The notes below the pieces were generated by a model. That model did not search any database, was not told where the DNA came from, and saw only the letters and a list, made by a program, of their open reading frames with translations. Of a stretch of DNA of 64,000 nt, positions 11,901 through 20,900 are shown piece after piece. The stretch comes from Candidatus Omnitrophota bacterium (GTDB lineage Bacteria; Omnitrophota; Gorgyraeia; 2-01-FULL-45-10): assembly GCA_017993955.1 (NCBI GenBank), contig JAGOLR010000002.1, positions 26-64,025 of the forward strand. Direction: 5' to 3'. Position numbers and translations under genes: made by a program. Each line of letters begins with the position of its first letter. Position 1 is the stretch's first letter.

Positions 11901-14900
11901 GGATCTGGAAGTCCACTTGTCCTTGTCGCCCGCGAACTCTTTCATTAGACCCAGAAGCGCGGAGTACATATTCTCCCTGGTCTGATCATCCCTTTCCTTT
12001 GTGTCGCCTATATCGCTCTCTTTAAATATAACTGCCGCTCCCGGCGCGCTCAACGGTTCGCCTCCTTCAAGCGCTTCTACCGCTCCTTCCGATTCCAGGA
12101 CCCAGCCGTCCGGAGTGGAAAGGCTAACCACGCCGTTCAAACCGGCCTTCATGCCGCTGGTACCGCTTGCCTCCAAAGGAGGTATGGGGTTATTGAGCCA
12201 TACCGAGGCTATCCTGGTAAGATCCCTTGCCACAGAGATATTATAATTCTCCACGAAGAATGCCGTACCGGGATAACGGGAGATGAATTCGTTTATCTGC
12301 CTTATGATAAGCTGGCCCCGATCATCGGCAGGATGGGCCTTCCCTGCGAATACCACCTGGACCTTTACGCCCAGACGTTTAGCCTCTTCCATAAGGGCGT
12401 CGAGTTTAGGCAATATGAGATCGGAACGTTTGTAAGGAGCTGCCCTGCGGGCTATCACCACCACGAATGCGTCTTTGTCGAGTTCTACGCCGCGCGATTC
12501 TTTCAAGTGTTCCACGGCGCGCTCCCTAGATCTGTCAAGGACCTGCCGCAATGCCTCGTTATCGATACTGCCCAAAAGCGTCTTAAGCTCAGCCTCTGAT
12601 AATTCTGACAGGCGTCTATCTTGCGGTATCGCTCCGTCGCGCTTTGTTCTCGTCAGGCTTTCGGCAAGGATACTTTGCAATTCCGGGGATTGCCAGAACC
12701 GCCTGTGAACAGCATTCGTTATATAATCTATCGTATCGTCCTTATAAAGCCTTCTAGAAACCTCACCGTGTTTTTCGCTTACCCCGTTGGCATAACGGGA
12801 AAGGTTCAGAGCTAGCTTCGACAGATTTACCATATACTTGCCGTAAACTTCGCTTTCATAACTGCTGATGCCGAGTATATCTTCTATATCCATGCCGTTC
12901 ATGCCGGAGTAATTTTCAAAGAACCGTCTGAACATGCCTATGTCAAACTCCTCGTTACCATCCGGTATTGGGGTGTGTGAAGTAAAGGCCATCCTCTCCT
13001 TTACCGCTTCACGGGCTGCAGTAAAGGTAATGCCGGCTTCCATCAATACTTTTCTTTCGACCTTGCCTTCCCTTATCTGAACGTTGAGATCTTCTAAACC
13101 CAAACCTATCTTGGCGGCTCGCGCCTCCAGCTCCTGTCGTATAAGTTCTATGCCGGAAAGCGCGCTGTGGCCTTCATTCATGTGAAGAACCGCTATCTTA
13201 TGCCCCATAGCCTGGAGAGCCCGCACACCTCCGACTCCCAATAACAACTCCTGCATAAAACGCCAGTAATCCAGGTCCTTAGGCAGTATATTGCCCATAT
13301 GGTCCCTGCCTCTTGCGTAAAGATTGTGCGTCAGCTTTCGGGCATTAGGCTCTGGATTCAATGACTGATCGTCGTTTTCCGGAATATCTGTATCGAGAAG
13401 ATAGAGATCGACTCTGCCTACCCTTATATGCCATATCTTGGCGTATATGAATTTGCCCGGAGTAGACTCGACTTTTATTACTATATCTTTTCCGTTTTTA
13501 TCCTTGGCAATGTCACCGTATTTTTCGAAAGGTATATCCCTGTAATACTGGACCTGGCTTCCTACGGGAAGATCCGCATATTGCCCGCTCAGATGGTCCT
13601 CTTCCGTAACTATATGCTGTTCAAAAAATCCCGTCCTGTAAGCAAGCCCCATCGCCACAAAAGTGTTTTTTGGGTATCTGTCGTTGGCGGCCCAGAGGGT
13701 ATCGCCGGAAAGTATGCCGAGACCGCCGCTATAGATATTGAGCCACTGGGAAAGGCCGTACTCTAGGCTGAAGTACGCTATGCGTTCGCTCTTACCCAAT
13801 CCGAGAGACCTCCTTACCATCTTCTGCCTTTCATCGCCGTCCATGTACTTGTAATATCTGGACATAAGGGCAAGATAAGTGTTTATCTTTATTTCGGCAG
13901 AATCCGCCAGGGCGGCATCGAGCTCTTTCTTGAATGCGGCAAGTTCCGGGTCCTCTATCACGGCTATGTTCTTTGCTATCCTGCGCAATCGCGCCAGCAT
14001 CTCTTCGGAGTTAGCCACGACATTGGAAGAACCTTTTATAACAGCCGCCGGTTCGGCTATACCTATACTATCGGCAGTGGCCCCTGTGACTCGCCTGAGA
14101 CCTCTCATAAATAATCCGTTTTCTTTTACGACTCTTTCGAGAGCGGATACGGCGGGCTGTATATCTATGGTCTTTCTGGAAGCGCAGGCGAGTACCAGGT
14201 CGATGTCTTTTCTGGTAATGGCCCCTTCGTGCATATCGCCTACTTCGTGGGAGAGCTCGTGAGTTATACCCGCGGAGAGTATGATAGCGAATAGCTCTTT
14301 AGGCATATTGGGGGCTACTTCTTCGAAGAGTATTCTATTTATTCCTATAAAATTATTTTTTATGTGGTCTTCAAAAATGGATTGGGATCTTTCCACGAGG
14401 GCTATAGAGATGGTGCGTCCTTCAAGGGCTCTAAGGTCATCCGGGCCTCTCGTCTTTATCGCCTCTTCTATAAGCTTCTCCAGATCTATCCTGTATTGGT
14501 CGGAACCCAAAATATCGAGGATCTCTTGGTCCACTTCCGCCTTGAAGCGAACCGGGACGTCTTTGTCTGTACGGCTAAAACCTATATCGAGCGTTCTCAT
14601 GCCTCGGGCTGTTTTTATATAATCTATAGCAGCGGCGATATCGCTGGAAGAGTAATATAGCTCGCCCTGATCGGCCTTTATGTAAAATCCGTTTTGGCAA
14701 TGGTATTTTCCGCCAATCTTTGCCTCGTCAATCAAAGCCTGGAAATGCGCCGTCTCCGGAGCGTACAAATTTGCCGGCTGATAAGGATTTACTTCTACCT
14801 TCATGCCGGCCATATTGATCGTCCCGGAAACAAGACGCGCAGTCTTGTTATCAGGATCAAGCCTCGAGAGCCTGTCCTCAAGCTCCTTCTTCTTGCCTTC

Positions 14901-17900
14901 TTTAGCGATAAAGAGCGCAAACCCTCCGCCTCCGGCGCCGCAAAGCTTGCCGCCTGCCGCCAGATCGCTTACACTCTGAAATATACCTTCTATATAGCTA
15001 TTACTTGCTTCGGGGTTTAATATCTTCCATTCTTTCCAGAATTCGCCGACAAGCCTGCCCAGCTTATCTATATCTCCCGACCTGATCGCTTCGGATACGG
15101 CATCGTCCATACCGACAAGCCTTTCGCGCGATTCGGATTCTACGCGGTTATGGGTAATGTAATCTATAACGATCTTCCGCAGAATATCGCCTGCGAAATG
15201 GCTCTTACCAACGTAGTACAGAACTACCCTTTCCTGGAGCTTTCTTACGAACTCATCCGACACCGCGATAGGCTCTACTACCGGATGAGGCGCTCCCGGC
15301 TTTGAGGACACAAGCTTGACTCCGCCGAATATCCCGCCCACGGGATCCTGCCACCCTCCGCCTATATTCAGAATGTGCTCAAGAAAGAGAGTCGCGTTCA
15401 AGACCTCGTCTTTTGATTTGTTCTGCCCCGATATCCTATAAAGGCCTTCGAGAACGCAAGCGTCGAGAATACTTGAGACGCCGAGGCCGCTCCCCCGGGG
15501 CACATTCACTTCCACTTCAAGCTCTATCCCGCCTCCGAGAGATTCAAGTATTTCCGAAAGCGGCCTGGTTTCCGACATATCTATAATACCGGAGACTATA
15601 AATGCCGCCTTAAAAAGCCGCAGGGGATCTTTTTTGTCCTCATAATCGAATATCTCCTGGACAGAATCGACGACGTGTTTTATATCCAGGTCTTTAGAGG
15701 TTATACTTATAACGCGTTCTTCCAACCTCCGCACCTTGACCTTTATGGGCGTTTCCCCGTCCAGGTCGAAAGCCATATTCACGGCCCTCCCGCCCCTGTC
15801 AAATGTTATGGCGAAAAGATCGGAAGCTCCTCCGTGAGATAGATCTATCCTGACAGGCGAGGAGACGATGACCTCTTTATCTTTAAGGTCTTCCGGTATC
15901 TTTAACGCCTCGCGCGAAATCCCGATATTGCGCTTAATGGCGCTCTTTATAGTATTTATGGCAAGGTCTGTGTAATTATTCTCTATCCTTGCCCCGACGC
16001 CAAACCAGCTATATCTGGAGTATATGTGGCCTATCAACAGATAGGCCCTTGCCTTTGTAATTACGCTCGGGAATTCGCCTATGCTCTGCTTCAACCTTTC
16101 GGCAAGAGCAAATAATCTCCTTCTATCGCTTTCGGCTTTTGCCAGAAGTTCCAGGTTCGACATAGGGCTACCGGTATATAGGGCCTGCATGACTTCACCT
16201 ATGAATTCATCGCTCTTGGCTCTGAATACTGCGCCAGATCCTATCCCCGGCATATAATAAGCCGCCGGTTCCCTGTAACCAGCGGCATGCGATACTTCGT
16301 GCCTTTCTATGAAGTAACGCGCAATCCGTCCGGAGAGAGAGTTGTGGGGTATATTATCGTAAACCCTCCGGTAGGCTTCCGGTTTAGCTGAAGGATCGTA
16401 TGTAACGTCGCTGGAATCTGATATGTTGTACCATAGATACTCTATTTTCTCCGACGTACCGTTATACCGGGCAATATCGCGCTCATTACCGTTTGGACCA
16501 AACGTACTTACATGCGAAGATGCGAAGGCCCGCTTTATTTCTAGGGCTGTTATAAAATGTATGGCTGTATAGGCAAGGCCTAATCCGGAGATAAAGCCAA
16601 ACAAGAGATGCCAGTATCCGGGAAGTTGGACGGCAAATGTTATAAGTCCTGATCCGGTCACAAAGGATTCTGCAATAACTAACCATTTTATTACGGATAT
16701 ATTTATCGGACTGGGTTGCTCCTCGCTTTCGGAAGACACAGACCCTGCCTGCAGGAAATCGAATTCATCCGGTCGAACCGCATCGGAAGAGCCGTCGGGA
16801 CGCCCCTCTTTTATTATAGATATAACACCCGGATCTCTTTTTGCAAGTAGCGCCTTCATGGCGCTAAGAGGCCTATCATCGAGACCTTTGCCACCAAAGA
16901 AAGTACCGAATAACTCTAAAGTCCTTGATATAGGCTGGTAGTCTATGTTCCTTAGGGCGAGTAGACGGCCTGCGTTATTACCGTTCTCGAATACGTCGCA
17001 TAATATCAATATGTCAAGAAGGAGCTTCATCTCCCCTGTAGACATGCCCGATGTAGCAGCTATACTATCAAGCGCGGCAAAACTTTTTGGATAGAAGAAG
17101 TGGTTGTCTATTATGAACTTCTCGGCAGGCGTAAGGCTTATTCCTAGCTTGGCAAGCCTGTCTACAGAGTATCTTTCGTGGCTCAATTCGCTTACCAGCT
17201 CTTCGGCTTTCCCCGGAGGAAGGGGCTTGCCGTCCAGTGCGTAGGCGGCGGCTACTAACCTGCCGGCGCTTATATAGTACTTTTCGAAATCCGGATCGGC
17301 CGGCAATAAATATCTTTCCAATTCTGGGCGGTTCGCCAAAAGGCTCTTCATGTCGGCTACCATCTCTTCTTTCGGCGTGTGTACACGTATACCATATTTT
17401 TCTATCATTGCAATATTACCTTTGACCGCTCCAGACGCAACTTCTTCCACGGTAGCGGCAAGTCCGCCCAGATCGTGTATTGCGGATACCCTTCCGATAA
17501 GATCTACAAGCTCTTCTCTTATTCCAAGTTCGCGCGCTACGGATACGGCAAGTCTGGCCACCCTCCGGTTGTGAGATTTGTTTATATTCTCACCTCCGGA
17601 TAACGGCGATGGAGAAAATAGCTCCAGAAGCGCTTCGATGGGATATTCGCTTATGTGCCTTAAGGCGCTCGACTTTTCGGCAGATGGAAGAGAATCCATA
17701 TCTACTATATGGGTCTTTGCCTTATCGAATCCGGGATAAGGGCCTAAAATGATCTCTATGACTTTTGAGTCACTCGGGAACTCTATGGAATGGCCGGCGA
17801 GATTCAATATCATATCGCCCGCTTCCAGAACGACATCCCTGACAAGGACTCCCTCTTTCGTGTAGACCTTGCATTTCACAAGCCCTTCCTGTACTACGAA

Positions 17901-20900
17901 TAGTTCGGGAAGCGGATTTTCGATGGGCGAGTTCACATGAGGAGTAGCCGCAGGAGCCCCGCTTTTCGGAGATTTAAAACCTATGCCTATCGGGAAACCC
18001 GGGTTCGTAATGAGCGCGTATTTCTCGGAATTTATCTTAGCCTTCAATACAAGGGCAAGCTGGTTCCCGCTTTCGCCATTTACGACCTTAGGTACGCTTT
18101 CTCCCTGTATATTTAATGGAACCACGGAATCATCCGGGGATCTGACAACGTCGAGATCAGGCTTCTGAATTACCCTGCAGATCTTCGAGTCAGTGTTGGC
18201 TATGACATGATATTTTCCGAAAATGGTAGCGGTGTCTCCTTTGCCAAGGGTGATGGTCTCTTGCTTCTTGCCATTTTCGTATATGTCTATTTTTAGAAAA
18301 CCTTCTTTTACAAGAATAACTTCCTGAAGGGGGGCGTCTCCGGTTGTCTCGAACTCCTCGCCTTCCTTTAATATCCTGACCTCCAATCCTATCCTGGGGT
18401 CCGGAGTACCTTCGTAAAAGTTGTCGCTTTTTATCAGAAGCGCCAATCTCTCTCCATTCGCGGATATCTCCTGGGCCGGCCTTTCGCCATGGTAAGACCG
18501 GGGCTTCAAAAATTCCATCTCTCCAGGCCGTAACGCGTCGGATGACCTTTTAGGCCTTGATTCCAACATGAGTTCCATCATCCTGCGTTCTTCTCCTGCC
18601 AAAATAGCCCTGAGCGCGCTTATGGCTCTGGGGTCTAGCCCTTCTTTGGACTTAATATAGTTAAACGTAGACATTAAAGACTGATATTCTATGCCTCTCT
18701 GATAATGAAGCCTCTCAGCGTTGTTGCCGTTCTCAAATACATCGCATACTATGAGCACGGAGAGCATAAGCTTCGCCTCTTCCGGCGTTATGCCGCTCTT
18801 CGACGCTGCTTCTTCGTATTCTTCCATCCCCGCGGGATAGAATAGATGGTTTGAAATTAGAAATTCCTCTAAAGGATTTATTTCAAACCCCAGGTTCTTG
18901 AGGACATCCAAGCTATGCCGCTCGTGGCTTATGTCGCTGGTAATCCATTCGATCTGCCATGCATCAAGGGTCTCTCCGTCCATGGCTGAAGCCGCGGCGA
19001 CGACCCGGGCTATACTTACATAGTATTTATCATCGTCGGGGACGACATATCTTGAAAGTTCAGGCCTTTCCGCTATAAAGGCGCGCAGTTGTTCCAATGC
19101 ATCTTCTTTTCTTGGCTGGGAGGCAAAACCGTATCTTCTCAATATGGACTGGTTTAGCTCTTTGTCTTCTCTTGCTGTAAGCATCGCCTCGTTGGCGCAG
19201 CTTACATCGTGGACTATCCCCACCCTGCCCAGGATATCCACAAGCTCTTTCTTAAGACCGAGATCTTCCGCTACCATAACAGCGTAGGCGCTTACCCTCT
19301 TCACGTGCTCCCTGTTCAGTCCACCGCCTTTTATGTTGGGATAAAGGGCGCAAAGTTCTTCTATCGAATATTCAGCGAGCTTAGTCCTCGGTCTCTTCGC
19401 TATCTTAGAAGACTTGCGGTATAACTCCTCGTATCTATTACCGGCCTCTCGCCATGTCGAATCGAATAACATGCAGTTGGATACCAGCTTGCCCCATACA
19501 CCTCTATTCCTTTTAAATAACATGTAAGCAGAAGCTATAGCGTCATACATAGCCTCGGGGCTGTATTCATCAAAATTAAATCCGTTACCTTCTCCGGTCA
19601 TGGGATTAAAAGGAGTTATGACATCGCTAAGACCGCCGGTTTTGAATACTATTGGCACGGCCCCGTACCTCATCGCCTCCATCTGCACCAAATTGCAAGG
19701 CTCCGTACCGTAGCGCGAAGGTATTATAACCGCATCCGATGCCGCAAATACCGTCCTGGGTTCACCAAATTCAGTCCGTATGTGTATCCTGCCGGCGTAT
19801 TTCATCGAAAGCTCTCCCAGGCGCTGTCCGTATCCGCCTACGTCAGGACCCAGCATCACAAGCTCTACGTCTTGGCCAAGCTCGCTCATCATGCGGTCGA
19901 TATCGGATATTATGAGATCGATGCCTTTTATATAATCGTACCTTCCCACAAAACCTATGACAAATTTGTCATTGCCTTCCGCTAGGCCGCTGGCTCTTTG
20001 ATACCGCAGTTTGTTATTTCTTTTGCCTGCTGCGGACGTACCGGCGCCGAAGACATCCTTGGCGTCTATCCCTGCCGGGACCGCGGGATCCCATTCCGAA
20101 TGGCTTATACCGTTCAATATAGAAAAGTAAGAGCCGGCCTGGAAACGTTCCCGTAGGATATCCGCAAAATCGCCGGCCACTTTCGCATCCAATGTCTCCA
20201 TAAGGTAACTGTGCCCTACGGTATTTACGGTATCCGAAAATATTACGCCTGCCTTTAAAAGCGATACCCCGCCTTCATACCTGAAGGCGTCGCTGTGGCT
20301 TGTAATGATATCCGGACGGCCTGCGGCAAAGGTATTTGTCTTATCGGTGCCGAAAAGGCCTTTATATGTCAGATTATGGATTGTCAGATTCGCGGCTACA
20401 TCATGAAAATATTCGGCATACTCAGGGAGATTCCTCATGTAGAAAGGCACCAGTGCCGTATGCCAGTCGTTGGCGTTGACTACATCCGGTTTTATCTCGA
20501 GCGATTTGATAAGCTCTAGAGCCCCTGCCGATAACAGGGTGAACCTGTCAAGCATCGCATCGTCTCCGCCGCCATATGGGCCGCTCTCATTGAAATATTT
20601 CGGGTTTGTGAGCAGATAAGCCCACGTGCCGTTCAGGTAAGTCCTCCGGACTCCGAGCGTCACAGACTCGCCGCGCAACCAAACTTCCAAATTTATATTA
20701 AGGTCCTCGCCGGCTTTTACGTCGTATCCGGGGGTTATGACGGCGACTTCGTTACCGTTACTATTAAGGTACTCCGGAAGCTCCAGCGAGACATCCCCCA
20801 AACCGCCTGCCTGGGCCACCCGTCTCATCTCTGCGGTAACGTATATTACCCGCGATTTTCCGGGAGCTATAGGTTTGACGCCGAACTGCTCTTTCCTGAA

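Noticed and set aside
10780-11916. Small minus-strand ORFs 10780..11043, 11615..11827 and 11734..11916, and similar ones at 25511..25783, 27381..27566, 28715..28942, 35108..35395, 37421..37768, 38412..38600, 39897..40358, 47515..47754, 49127..49366, 54209..54430, 58138..58356 and 63515..63751.
   Set aside because: They are out-of-frame ORFs nested inside the giant CDSs on the same strand, with no independent coding evidence.
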